Assembly: GCA_029856365.1 (NCBI GenBank)
Contig: JAHQWW010000001.1
Location: 17,548-81,547, forward strand
DNA length: 64,000 bases
Direction of reading: 5' to 3'
From: Candidatus Hodarchaeota archaeon
Lineage (GTDB): Archaea; Asgardarchaeota; Heimdallarchaeia; Hodarchaeales; Hodarchaeaceae
Positions 29,917 to 39,380 of the stretch are shown piece after piece. The translations under genes and the position numbers were made by a program. The notes below the pieces were generated by a model. It had not been told where the DNA came from and made no database searches. It was given only the letters and a program-made list of their open reading frames with translations. Positions within the stretch are counted from its first letter, which is position 1. The number at the start of each line of letters is the position of its first letter.

Positions 29917-31242
29917 ATGAAACGGACAGGAAGTGCGGAATTAGTACATTTAAGAGAAGGGGAGGATGGAGATATTCGATTACATCTCCGTCGTCAAGGT
30001 GATAGTGGCCTTTTAATTATCAACGCGTCGAGAATATTGAACCTCAATTCTACTGCAACATTCTTTGTGGAAAGGATTCTGAAGGGTAAGACAGATTCAG
30101 AGATTATTAAGGAGCTCAAAGGTCTTTATCGTGTCAGTGAACAGCAAGCGAATCTAGATCTTCAATCATTGAAAGATATGATTCATACATTATCAACAAC
30201 AGATGATATTTGTCCCATTCATTCCCTTCAAATGGAAGAATCGGCTTTAACAGAACTATCACTAACTGCTCCTTTACGAATGGACTTAGCAATCACTTAT
30301 AGATGTAATAACAAATGTGCACATTGCTATAATCAACCGGAGTCACAAAATGCAGCTGAATTAGATACAAACACTTGGAAGTCCATTCTAGGACGACTTT
30401 GGGAGGTTTCTATTCCTCATGTGACTTTTACAGGAGGTGAACCCACGTTACGCCACGATCTGCCTGATTTAATTGACCATGCGGAGAATATTGGAATAGT
30501 TACTGGACTTATTACAAATGGTCGAAATCTAAAGGATGTAAACTATGTAGATGGGTTGGTAAATAACGGTCTAGATCATATTCAGATTACATTTGAAAGC
30601 GTAGATGAAAGGATTCACAACCAAATGGTGGGAAATGAACATGCGTGGGTAGAGACAGTTGAAGGTATAAAAAATGCTATAGATACCCCTATCTATACTC
30701 TGACGAACACTACATTGACTCGTTTGAATACTCCCAAGATAGAAGAGACCGTTGAATTCCTTAACAGTCTTGATGTGGAACAATTCGCCTGTAACTCAAT
30801 TATATATGCCGGAAAAGGGAAAAATGTTTCCAAGATAGCCTTAACAGAGAGTGAGCTAATTCCGATTCTCGAATCGATTCAGGATATAGCAGATGAATAT
30901 GGTATGCAGTTTATTTGGTACACACCGACTCGTTACTGTGAACTTGATCCGAATAACCTAGGATTAGGAGTGAAGAGATGTTCTGCTTCACATTTAGCAA
31001 TGGCTATTGAACCCAATGGAACCGTAATTCCATGTCAGAGTTACTATAAAGGATTGGGTCATATTCTGAATGATAGTTGGGAGAGTATCTGGAATAATCC
31101 TCTATCACAAAAGCTGCGAACTCATGCAAACGTCCCTGATGAGTGTCAAAATTGTAATCAACTTGATCTCTGTGGTGGCGGTTGTCCTCTGAGTTTCTAT
31201 CGCGAGGAATATATATGTCCCGAAAGTCAAGCCAACGATTGA
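29917..31242 (+). CDS. Radical SAM/SPASM-domain enzyme with N-terminal PqqD-like (RRE) domain, putative peptide/protein-modifying maturase
   Basis: CNNKCAHC (CxxxCxxC) at about aa 130, GGEPTL, the C-terminal SPASM cysteines (CSASH..PCQSY..CQNCNQLDLCGGGCP), and an N-terminal PqqD-like segment LNLNSTATFFVERILKGKTDSEIIKEL. The ATG abuts the upstream TGA. Confidence 0.9.
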   Translation: MKRTGSAELVHLREGEDGDIRLHLRRQGDSGLLIINASRILNLNSTATFFVERILKGKTDSEIIKELKGLYRVSEQQANLDLQSLKDMIHTLSTTDDICPIHSLQMEESALTELSLTAPLRMDLAITYRCNNKCAHCYNQPESQNAAELDTNTWKSILGRLWEVSIPHVTFTGGEPTLRHDLPDLIDHAENIGIVTGLITNGRNLKDVNYVDGLVNNGLDHIQITFESVDERIHNQMVGNEHAWVETVEGIKNAIDTPIYTLTNTTLTRLNTPKIEETVEFLNSLDVEQFACNSIIYAGKGKNVSKIALTESELIPILESIQDIADEYGMQFIWYTPTRYCELDPNNLGLGVKRCSASHLAMAIEPNGTVIPCQSYYKGLGHILNDSWESIWNNPLSQKLRTHANVPDECQNCNQLDLCGGGCPLSFYREEYICPESQAND

Positions 31243-32006
31243 GCTCAAGGGACTTATTAACAGTAGAAGATGATGCTAGGTATTTTACTGAGCTCTACCA
31301 AGGACAATTAGACTGGACTACTTCAACCAGAAAGCGATTATACAGACAAATGGATCTATTCCATGCACAACAGATTTTGGAAGTGGGTTCTGGCACTGGA
31401 GTGATTCTACGTGAGATTAAATCCATAAATCCAAGAGCCAGACTCATTGGCCTTGACCAAAACTTGCTAGCACTAAAATATTCACAAAAAATAGTGGCAA
31501 ATGATACATTGATTCAAGGAGACGGTGCTGTATTACCCTTCTCTTCCCAAAGCTTTGATATTGTGTTGTGTCACTATTTTCTTATGTGGGTTGAAAATCC
31601 CATTACCACTCTTCGGGAAATGATGAGAGTAACGCGAAATGGAGGATGGATTGCATGCTTAGCTGAACCAGATTATGGAGGGCGAATGGATTATCCTGAT
31701 AATGAAATCTGGATGGAACTGCTTCTAAATTCCATCTCTGGAGCAGATCCTTTCATAGGAAGAAAATTAAGGACATATTTCTATCAAATAGGACTTAAGG
31801 CACATGTGGGGCTGCAATCAATTGTTTTGCCTCCTGAAGCTGTAAATAACCTTTATGAGGCTGAATTAGCAAAATTGAAGCGATTTTGTTCCCCTGAAAA
31901 TCATCTAAAATTAGATAGATTAACTCAATTGTTCAGATCTCATAAACCTGGAGAATTATTTAGCTTTATGCCAGTACTTTTTGCTATAGCTCGAAAAACT
32001 GCATAA
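31215..32006 (+). CDS. Class I SAM-dependent methyltransferase
   Basis: Motif I is ILEVGSGTGVI. There is an acidic loop LIGLDQN and a post-II FDIVLCHYFLMWV. The ATG at 31215 overlaps the rSAM gene by 28 nt; the ORF-track start at 31182 is a TTG. Confidence 0.8.
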   Translation: MSRKSSQRLSSRDLLTVEDDARYFTELYQGQLDWTTSTRKRLYRQMDLFHAQQILEVGSGTGVILREIKSINPRARLIGLDQNLLALKYSQKIVANDTLIQGDGAVLPFSSQSFDIVLCHYFLMWVENPITTLREMMRVTRNGGWIACLAEPDYGGRMDYPDNEIWMELLLNSISGADPFIGRKLRTYFYQIGLKAHVGLQSIVLPPEAVNNLYEAELAKLKRFCSPENHLKLDRLTQLFRSHKPGELFSFMPVLFAIARKTA

Positions 32007-32013
32007 ATACTTT

Positions 32014-32256
32014 CTATTCCTTCTCTTCAAGGCCCAGTAGTCTTAAATCTAACAATTGATTAACAACACATCTTCGAACGAATTCAGAATAATTATCAGC
32101 TATTCCTAATTCAATAGCTTTTTTAATGGAATTATAAAGTGGGTCTGAAACCCGTAACAAAATTGTCTTAGCTTTCTCTTTCCTTTTAATGTTCGTTTCC
32201 CTCTTTTGAGTAGATTTCTCTAAGTTTTGAGATCTTGGCATAATTATTCCCATCAT
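32014..32256 (-). CDS. Ribbon-helix-helix (CopG/Arc-like) DNA-binding protein
   Basis: 80 aa. ILLRVSDPLYNSIKKAIELG...SEFVRRCVVNQL fits a beta-alpha-alpha RHH layout. Confidence 0.5.
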   Translation of the reverse strand: MMGIIMPRSQNLEKSTQKRETNIKRKEKAKTILLRVSDPLYNSIKKAIELGIADNYSEFVRRCVVNQLLDLRLLGLEEKE

Positions 32257-32363
32257 TTCTATCTTGATTCTTCAATGTGAATTTTCATTATGTGTAAATT
32301 CAGATATGTTTATATACTTATCGTTATCATTTGATAATCAAATATATTCTTAATGTGGTCTAT

Positions 32364-32564
32364 ATGGATAATTCTAACTTAATTGATGTTGGAAAAATAA
32401 CTGCTATTATGACTGGGTCTACGATTTTAGGGATTTTTCTTGGTTCTCGAACAGGCGGCACCTATATCTTCGAAATTGGGAGCAATTTAATGCTGGTCTT
32501 AGTGGTTTTCATGGTACTTGCCTCTAGTTTGGCGATTGCCAGTATATGGATGTCGAGACAATGA
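32364..32564 (+). CDS. Small two-TM membrane protein
   Basis: Two hydrophobic helices. It overlaps the start of the next gene, so the two are coupled. Confidence 0.35.
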   Translation: MDNSNLIDVGKITAIMTGSTILGIFLGSRTGGTYIFEIGSNLMLVLVVFMVLASSLAIASIWMSRQ

Positions 32565-33079
32565 CTAATCGCTCTAAAAAACCCCTTGTTGTCCCTATCT
32601 CTATGACTCTAATAATTTCCTCCATTGCTTTTCTTACATTTCTCTCTGCTCAACAAGTGCGAGTTGAACTTCCTTCTCATCCTGAAATCCACCCCAATCT
32701 TTCTCGAAATGGTTCTAGTTTCAGTGGTTTTATTGATGTTACCATTCCCTTTAATATTAGTAATCATTCACCTATTGCTTTAAAAAATGGTAAGATATTG
32801 GCTTCATTGTCTGTCGTTAGTATTGAGAATTTTGGTCTATTTCCTGATACGATATTAGTGAATATTTCAGAAAAAATTCAGACTATTAACCCAAATGATT
32901 ATGTACAGATTGATCTTCACGTTAATATCTCTTCTTGGATTCCCATGCTTGCGATTGTAGATGCCTATTTGGTTCTGGATATCGATGTCAGTTTGGATTA
33001 TAAATTTGGCTTTTTGTCCTTCCCCATTCATTTAATTGGACGTTTACAAGACACATGGGATGCTCCATTCTCGATTTAA
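32546..33079 (+). CDS. N-terminally anchored membrane protein with beta-rich ectodomain (LEA_2/NDR1-like is speculative)
   Basis: A single TM (LVVPISMTLIISSIAFLTFL) followed by about 140 aa with an alternating beta-strand pattern. Confidence 0.4.
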   Translation: MDVETMTNRSKKPLVVPISMTLIISSIAFLTFLSAQQVRVELPSHPEIHPNLSRNGSSFSGFIDVTIPFNISNHSPIALKNGKILASLSVVSIENFGLFPDTILVNISEKIQTINPNDYVQIDLHVNISSWIPMLAIVDAYLVLDIDVSLDYKFGFLSFPIHLIGRLQDTWDAPFSI

Positions 33080-33090
33080 TGACCTGACAC

Positions 33091-34320
33091 TCAATTAATG
33101 GTTAGTATATCAAATTGTTTGGTCTCTTCATCGTATTTTTCATCCTTACAGAGAAGAGCTTTAGAATCCTTTAAATTTATTAAACGTGTTTTTGTTAGCT
33201 CAAAAGCATATTTTGATGAATCCACTCCTATCCAACGTCTATTTAATTTTTCTGCTACTGCTAAGGTTGTACCAGATCCACAAAAGAAATCAGCAATAAT
33301 ATCACCCTCCTTGGAAGTCATCTTTATAATTCTTTCGATTAAAGCCTCAGGTTTTTGAGTCGGATAACCCAAGCGTTCTTTATCGTTAGAAGCGAGAGCT
33401 GGAATATCTGTCCATAAGTTTCCAATTTTCCTTCCTAGATATTCATCTGCATAACGTTTGTATCGTGGTCTTCCTTTCCCTGTCCAAAAAATAAGATAAG
33501 GATTTTTCGTTAATCTTTTATCAAATGTTTCTTGGGTCCAGCGCCAGCCCATCTTGGTTGTAACTTCTTTGCCATTAATTATTCTTTTCTCTCCAATACT
33601 ATATGCGTTCGAGCTCTGTTCAAGTTTCTCATGTGTAAATGTTCGTCCTGTTTCTTTTTCAATATGGGGAAATTTCTCTTTTTTTTCTTTCTCTGTTAAC
33701 GATTGGTATTGTTGGTGGTATACATAATCAGTAGTTTTACTATACCAAAGGATGACATCCGTCATTACATCCATCGTTGAAGATAAGTGGTGTCCTGGGG
33801 TTCGTTGCCAAATGATATCAGCTCTGAAGTTTTCATACCCAAAAATCTCATCCATTATCACCTTGACATAATGCACTGCATGCCAGTCTAGATGGACAAA
33901 AATCGAACCATTATTAGCCAAAAGCTTTGCTATCAGTAACAATCGTTGATACATAAAATTCAAATAAGCATCCATACCCCTTATTCCCCAAGTATCCCTA
34001 AATCCATTTTCTACAACAAGTGAAGAGTTGCTAGCTGTTTCTTCTTGACTACTTTCAGTTTGAGTGCTGATTTTGAATGTTGTTCCTGAAGCAAAAGGTG
34101 GATCAATATAGATAACGTTAATTTTTCCTGCAAACTCTTTTAGAAGGGACGCAATGACAAACTTGTTTTCCCCTAATATGAGTTTATTACTCCAGGCCTC
34201 TGAAGTTTTTAGAGGGTTTATAGATTCGACCACTTCAAGTGAGTGAGGTATTTCTATGCGTCTTCTTTTCACTTCAGATTTTCCCCGCCAAATAAGTTGA
34301 CAATTCTCAATTACTGTCAT
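33091..34320 (-). CDS. Beta-class N6-adenine/N4-cytosine DNA methyltransferase (type III Mod-like, stand-alone)
   Basis: Motif IV (VIYIDPPFASG) precedes YPTQKPEALIERII and motif I (ADFFCGSGTTLAVAEKLNRRWIGVD). The N-terminal LIWRGK is as in Mod proteins. Confidence 0.85.
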   Translation of the reverse strand: MTVIENCQLIWRGKSEVKRRRIEIPHSLEVVESINPLKTSEAWSNKLILGENKFVIASLLKEFAGKINVIYIDPPFASGTTFKISTQTESSQEETASNSSLVVENGFRDTWGIRGMDAYLNFMYQRLLLIAKLLANNGSIFVHLDWHAVHYVKVIMDEIFGYENFRADIIWQRTPGHHLSSTMDVMTDVILWYSKTTDYVYHQQYQSLTEKEKKEKFPHIEKETGRTFTHEKLEQSSNAYSIGEKRIINGKEVTTKMGWRWTQETFDKRLTKNPYLIFWTGKGRPRYKRYADEYLGRKIGNLWTDIPALASNDKERLGYPTQKPEALIERIIKMTSKEGDIIADFFCGSGTTLAVAEKLNRRWIGVDSSKYAFELTKTRLINLKDSKALLCKDEKYDEETKQFDILTIN

Positions 34321-34589
34321 AATTGTGGTTTCTCCTATGGATAATTCGGACTTGATTAATTGATGCGTAATATCTTATCGTTTACTCTAGCTTATATCTC
34401 ATAAATGATTGATATTTACCTTAAATCCATAATTCTTATATGATTTACTTAGTTTTATATAAATAAAGGAGACTAAGAGTTTTAATGTGTTTTTTCACTG
34501 TATTACATTATGCAAACATATATATCAGAACATATAATTACTTCTTTCGTATTTGTTATTACTATGTAAAGACAAATTGAGGTTTTGAA

Positions 34590-34958
34590 ATGAGCTACCA
34601 AGATACAATGAACTCTCTGATTCAAAATGGTTATATTTCTATTGTCACTATTCTTGACGCTAATGGAGGAACATACTGGACTAACCAACCTGAATGGCAA
34701 GTGGATGGTACAGCCGTGTTAACAGCTTGGAGGAATAAGGAACCAGGAGTTACCATCGGAGGAACCCGTTTCTCTGCAATAATGAATGAATGGGAAACTG
34801 GTTTTTTCGTGGCTCGAAATGTTGGCGGAGCAGGAATAGTCGTGATAGCCCGTGCCCCGAATGGATATTATTTTTTGACATGGACACCAGGGGATGTACA
34901 GATTCCTCCTACAAACATCCACGCTGAAGTGTCTCGGATGGCAGCCTTGTTCAAATAA
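34590..34958 (+). CDS. Profilin-like protein (Asgard-type eukaryotic signature protein)
   Basis: 122 aa. By eye it aligns along its full length with eukaryotic profilins as I recall them: SYQ (cf. SWQ), ILDANGGTYWT (cf. AAIxxxDGxxWA), GVTIGGTRFSAI (cf. GxxLxGxKYxxI), GGAGIVV, and a C-terminal helix. A GAGGT Shine-Dalgarno-like sequence lies 7 nt upstream. Confidence 0.7.
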   Translation: MSYQDTMNSLIQNGYISIVTILDANGGTYWTNQPEWQVDGTAVLTAWRNKEPGVTIGGTRFSAIMNEWETGFFVARNVGGAGIVVIARAPNGYYFLTWTPGDVQIPPTNIHAEVSRMAALFK

Positions 34959-35331
34959 AATCAGTATTGATACCACAACTTTCACATGAGGGTGCTTTTA
35001 AAACACCCCATACATTTTTTAACAAATGAAAGGAAGTCTAAAGCAATAATAGACCTATTATAACCCTATTTTGATCTCCCTAATCACTTATTTTCTGAAA
35101 AAACATTCTTCTTGATTTTGAACTAATTAGTTTGAATTTAAACGATTTTCTTGAGTTATGTGTGAAACAACGGATACCCTCATAAGTCTAATTCGCTATT
35201 CTCTTTACAATGAAGTAAGTGCTTCCTGTAGCTTCTTAATAGACCTAATGCAGAATTGCTTCTGATATAATATGAACTAATTCCTTTCTATCTCCTATAA
35301 GCTTCCATGGATATTTGAAGAGTTGTAATTT

Positions 35332-38300
35332 TTGAAATCAAAGATTGAAGAGTTCTATCCCCTCTATAGAAAAGTGGCAAGGTTTTTACTTCAAAACATA
35401 AATGGTATCCATGATAATGAGAGAAAGAAAGAATTTATTAACAATTTTATGATACAAATGTTGATATTCTGGTTTATCCAGAAAAAAGAGTTTTTCAACG
35501 ATGATAAGAATTACTTTATAACAAAATTTCATGAATTCGACATTAAAAACCCATTGCAGGGGAATAATAACTACTTCAACTTTCTTATCTATTTCTTAGA
35601 ACAAATTAACCTTCATTTAGATGATGGATATATTGAAGACAAGATTGTTGGAAAACTTGTAATTCCTAGACCAGTTATCTTTCTTAATGTAGATAATAGT
35701 GTCAAAAAAATCTCTATCCCCAATAAATGCCTTTACAATGAAGAAAAAACTGAACAATTGTTGAATAAGTCGTCTGGGAAAAGAAGTGGTGATTTACCAT
35801 TATTTAACTTATTTGAAAACGAGATAAACCAATTTAATGGCTTCCTTTTAGGTGAAATATATGAGAATCTAATTACTCATAAGGACAGGAAGATTTCAGG
35901 TTCTTATTATACACCTGAAGCAATTACTTTCTTTTTATGCAAAACCACAATTGAATCTTATCTTCTTGAAAAAGTGAATCTTAAATTCGATTCTAAGTTC
36001 AAAACTATAAACTCAATGATTAAATCTCATGATGTAAGGGTCATAGAATATCTATTAATGGAATTACAGCAAATTAAAATCCTTGATCCTGCTGTTGGTA
36101 CTGCACACCTTCTAGAAAGTGCTGTTAAGATTCTTACAGAGATATATGAAAAAATTTGGCGGGTAGCAAGGAAAATAAGCCTCAAGAAAGGTATAGAAGT
36201 TATAACAACTGAGAACGACGGGTGTTTAAAGCTCATAAATATCCTAGAAATTACTAATGAAGATGATTTTAAATTTTCAGTAATATTATACCATATTCTT
36301 CCAATGAATGTTTATGGCGTTGATATAAATCCTGATGTTTTGAAGATTGCAAAAGCAAGACTCTTCTTAATATCAATTGAGTATTTAAATATTCATAAAC
36401 ACTATTTTAAAAGTCTCCCAGAAGTCTACATCAATTTAAAGGAAGGAAATTCGCTTCTAGGGTACATACAGTTTGAGAAGGACAAATTGGTTAAACAATC
36501 AAAACTTGAGTCATATTTAACAGAAATAACTCCTGTCACTCCTTCGGAATCGATAAAAACGGATTTAATTTTGCTAGAATATTTACAAAATGCAGCTATT
36601 TCTTTGGATATTAGAGGACATCTAATAAATGAGGTGGAAGACCTTAATTTAATTTTAACTCAGAAAGAGATTAATATTATTAACACTCGAAAGGTTTTAA
36701 GGACTAAAGAAAAGCTACTCAAAATATTATATGCTTCTATGAATACTCAGTTTGCAAAACCGTTACAAAACCTTTTAAACAGAATAACAGACCAAATGAA
36801 CTCAAAATTGGATGAAAAGCTTTCTAATGAATTTAATATTGATTTAGATCAACTCAAAAAAGTTAAAACTTTCCATTGGATTTGTGAATTTTCCAACGTA
36901 TTTTTGAAAGAAGGAGGGTTTGATATTACAATAGTCAATCCCCCTTATTTGGGTGAAAGTGGGAATAAAGAGCTTTTCAGGGTTTATGCTAAGGCATCAC
37001 AAGAATATTATGAGGGAAAAATGGATCTGTGGTATTTTTTTCTTCATAGAAGTATAGATTTAATGGTTACTCGGGCTTATTCTTCTTTCATTGTATCAAG
37101 TTATTGGATCACAGCTTCAGGTGCAGCGAAATTACGTGACAGACTGCTTTCAGATACCTTTATTGTGCGATATATCAATTTTGGAGAAAACAGGATTTTT
37201 AGTACTGCTCAGGGAGTACATACAAACGTCATAACCTTTAAAAAAACAAGAAAGTCAAATAATAATATTGAATGTATCCTCTTTGATAAGACATATCCAC
37301 ATGGTACGGATCTTTTTCAAAAGATACCAGTACAACATATTTTCACAGCTGATCAGAAGAAACTCATTCTTAAGAATTGGGATCGATATCTTCATTTTTT
37401 ACCAAAGAATCTAGGAGTAATTATTGAGTGTATTACTGAAAATTCAACAACGCTGAAATCAAGCGGCTACTATGTAAAAGAGGGCATAGTAACAGGCCTT
37501 AATAACATAACAAAGCGACTAATTGGAAAATATAAGTTACCAGATGACTGGGCGGGGATAGGGGTGTTCATACTAAACAAAGAAAATCCTCAAGATTTGA
37601 ATGTAATCCAATCACTTTCTGAAGATGAAAAATTCCATTTAAAGAAGTTTTACAAGAATTCTGACATATCACGATATTCCACAACAGTTCAAACGACAAA
37701 AAATATTCTTTACTTAAACAGACATACTGTTAACTTGAATCAGCTCCCAAAAATAAAAATGCACATACAAAAATTCCGGGGAATATTAAAACAATCATTA
37801 GATAATCCACCATATATTAACAGGCCTCGGACACAAAACATTTTCACATCCCCTAAGATAATAACTCCACAAAGAAGTGTTCGAAATACCTTTGCCTACA
37901 ATTCGTATGATTGGTATGCTGCCCAAGATGTGTACTACATCTTGAATGAGGAGAACGACAAAGAGAAGCTAAAAAGGCTGTTACTAATCTTAAACTCAAA
38001 GTTGGGGTATTTTTGGTTATATTGGATGGGAAAGCGAAAAGGAAAACATCTCGAACTATTTGGTGAGCCATTAGGATTTTTTCCCATTCCCTCTGATTTG
38101 GAAAAATTTTCAGTATTGTCTAATATTTCTGATTACTTTCTCTTCCTCTACACGATCAAAAGCAAAGAGATTCGTTTTCAGCAAATTATTAGTTATTTTC
38201 AGGAAGAAATTGCAGATATGCTCGTATTTGAGCTTTACTTTATAAAAAAGATCCAAGGAAACAAAATTAATCAGTCTGAAAATTCTTCTTTATTAGAATT

Positions 38301-38538
38301 TTTATCAAAAGAGGTTAAGAACATTGAATATGATCAATGGGTTAAGCTCCACTACAAAGAACAGATTGAAAAAGGATTGAGTAAGGAAGAAAAACTTCAG
38401 AAATCGACTCTTGAGAATGAAAACTTAGAAATAATTGAAGAATGCTATACATCACTTAAAAAGAGTAAACAGGTTTGTAAGCTTATAACCCAAATAAAAT
38501 CAAATTATTTGGTTATGACAATAGAGGAAAGAACTTAA
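35332..38538 (+). CDS. Large gamma-class N6-adenine DNA methyltransferase (Eco57I/PglX-like architecture, no recognisable nuclease domain)
   Basis: SGSYYTPEAITFFL, motif I ILDPAVGTAHLL, and motif IV FDITIVNPPYLG. The N-terminal helical domain has an LPLFNLFE (cf. NGGLF) element, and there is a long C-terminal TRD-like region. TTG start. Confidence 0.85.
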   Translation: MKSKIEEFYPLYRKVARFLLQNINGIHDNERKKEFINNFMIQMLIFWFIQKKEFFNDDKNYFITKFHEFDIKNPLQGNNNYFNFLIYFLEQINLHLDDGYIEDKIVGKLVIPRPVIFLNVDNSVKKISIPNKCLYNEEKTEQLLNKSSGKRSGDLPLFNLFENEINQFNGFLLGEIYENLITHKDRKISGSYYTPEAITFFLCKTTIESYLLEKVNLKFDSKFKTINSMIKSHDVRVIEYLLMELQQIKILDPAVGTAHLLESAVKILTEIYEKIWRVARKISLKKGIEVITTENDGCLKLINILEITNEDDFKFSVILYHILPMNVYGVDINPDVLKIAKARLFLISIEYLNIHKHYFKSLPEVYINLKEGNSLLGYIQFEKDKLVKQSKLESYLTEITPVTPSESIKTDLILLEYLQNAAISLDIRGHLINEVEDLNLILTQKEINIINTRKVLRTKEKLLKILYASMNTQFAKPLQNLLNRITDQMNSKLDEKLSNEFNIDLDQLKKVKTFHWICEFSNVFLKEGGFDITIVNPPYLGESGNKELFRVYAKASQEYYEGKMDLWYFFLHRSIDLMVTRAYSSFIVSSYWITASGAAKLRDRLLSDTFIVRYINFGENRIFSTAQGVHTNVITFKKTRKSNNNIECILFDKTYPHGTDLFQKIPVQHIFTADQKKLILKNWDRYLHFLPKNLGVIIECITENSTTLKSSGYYVKEGIVTGLNNITKRLIGKYKLPDDWAGIGVFILNKENPQDLNVIQSLSEDEKFHLKKFYKNSDISRYSTTVQTTKNILYLNRHTVNLNQLPKIKMHIQKFRGILKQSLDNPPYINRPRTQNIFTSPKIITPQRSVRNTFAYNSYDWYAAQDVYYILNEENDKEKLKRLLLILNSKLGYFWLYWMGKRKGKHLELFGEPLGFFPIPSDLEKFSVLSNISDYFLFLYTIKSKEIRFQQIISYFQEEIADMLVFELYFIKKIQGNKINQSENSSLLEFLSKEVKNIEYDQWVKLHYKEQIEKGLSKEEKLQKSTLENENLEIIEECYTSLKKSKQVCKLITQIKSNYLVMTIEERT

Positions 38539-39287
38539 CTTAAAGCTTTTATATGATCAATAACTAATGGTAAAAATTCACCTGATTTGGCTTCAATACG
38601 AACATCTGCCATGGTGTCTAATTCAGTTTTCCCAACGTTAATTATTATGAGAAAAGCACCTAACCTTTTAGCGATGACAGGAAAACTAGCAGCAGGTACT
38701 ACACTCAATGTAGATCCAATTGCTAACATGACATCGCACTTTCTGGTATGTTTCTCTGCTTCCTGCATTTCTTTTTCTGGCATTGGATCATTAAAATTTA
38801 CTACCGAGGAAATAATCCTACATTCACAATAAGGACATCTCGGTTGATTCGACCTTGATTTTTCCGTTCGATATCCCTTTCCATGCAGGTGATCATCCCA
38901 ACCTATCTCTTGTTTTAAAAATCGAGTATCACAACCAAGGCACTTCATTTTACCAGAATTTCCATGCAGTTCAGCAAGGATTTCAGATGGAATTCCTGAT
39001 TTTAAATGAAGGTTATCAACGTTCTGAGAGATAAGATATTTTAACAAACCAAGTTTGTAAAGATCTACAATAGCAAAATGGCCAGGATTGGGCTGAACGA
39101 GATGCATTGGTTTTCTGGGTAACATTGGTTTAAGTCCTTTTTCGCGGAGTGTCCAAACCCCTTCTGGACCACGATAATCTGGTAATCCTGATTCTGTAGA
39201 GATTCCAGCACCAGTAAAAGCAACCAAATATTTTGAATTTGCTAAAATTTCAGCCACTTTTTGAACATCATTATTTGAAAATGACAA
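38535..39287 (-). CDS. cobB: NAD-dependent protein deacylase, Sir2 family
   Basis: GAGISTESGLPDYRG, QNVDNLH and a Zn ribbon CLGC...CPYC. The stop codon overlaps the stop of the convergent methyltransferase within TTAA. Confidence 0.9.
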   Translation of the reverse strand: MSFSNNDVQKVAEILANSKYLVAFTGAGISTESGLPDYRGPEGVWTLREKGLKPMLPRKPMHLVQPNPGHFAIVDLYKLGLLKYLISQNVDNLHLKSGIPSEILAELHGNSGKMKCLGCDTRFLKQEIGWDDHLHGKGYRTEKSRSNQPRCPYCECRIISSVVNFNDPMPEKEMQEAEKHTRKCDVMLAIGSTLSVVPAASFPVIAKRLGAFLIIINVGKTELDTMADVRIEAKSGEFLPLVIDHIKALS

Positions 39288-39380
39288 ACTTGGTCAATCC
39301 TCAGTTGTGAGATCTTATTTAAAATCAGTTTCTTGAACATATTGACCTCCATAATCCATCTGAATGCAATACACTCCTTT

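Noticed and set aside
33091-34320. A type III R-M system (Mod + Res)
   Set aside because: The Mod-like methyltransferase has no Res helicase-nuclease on either side. The neighbours are small membrane proteins and profilin.
35332-38538. The large gamma-class methyltransferase as BREX PglX, or as a type IIG restriction-modification enzyme
   Set aside because: No pglZ, brxC, brxL or other BREX genes are in the window. I could find no PD-(D/E)xK nuclease segment ahead of the helical domain. It is left as an orphan methyltransferase.
38535-39287. A Sir2-domain protein next to a large methyltransferase, considered as a possible NADase defence effector (Thoeris/DSR/SIR2-HerA style)
   Set aside because: It is a compact canonical sirtuin (GAGISTESGLPDYRG, QNVDNLH, CxxC...CxxC zinc ribbon, 250 aa). 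It has no fused or adjacent sensor, helicase or HerA partner and is convergent to the methyltransferase. A housekeeping deacylase is the simpler reading.
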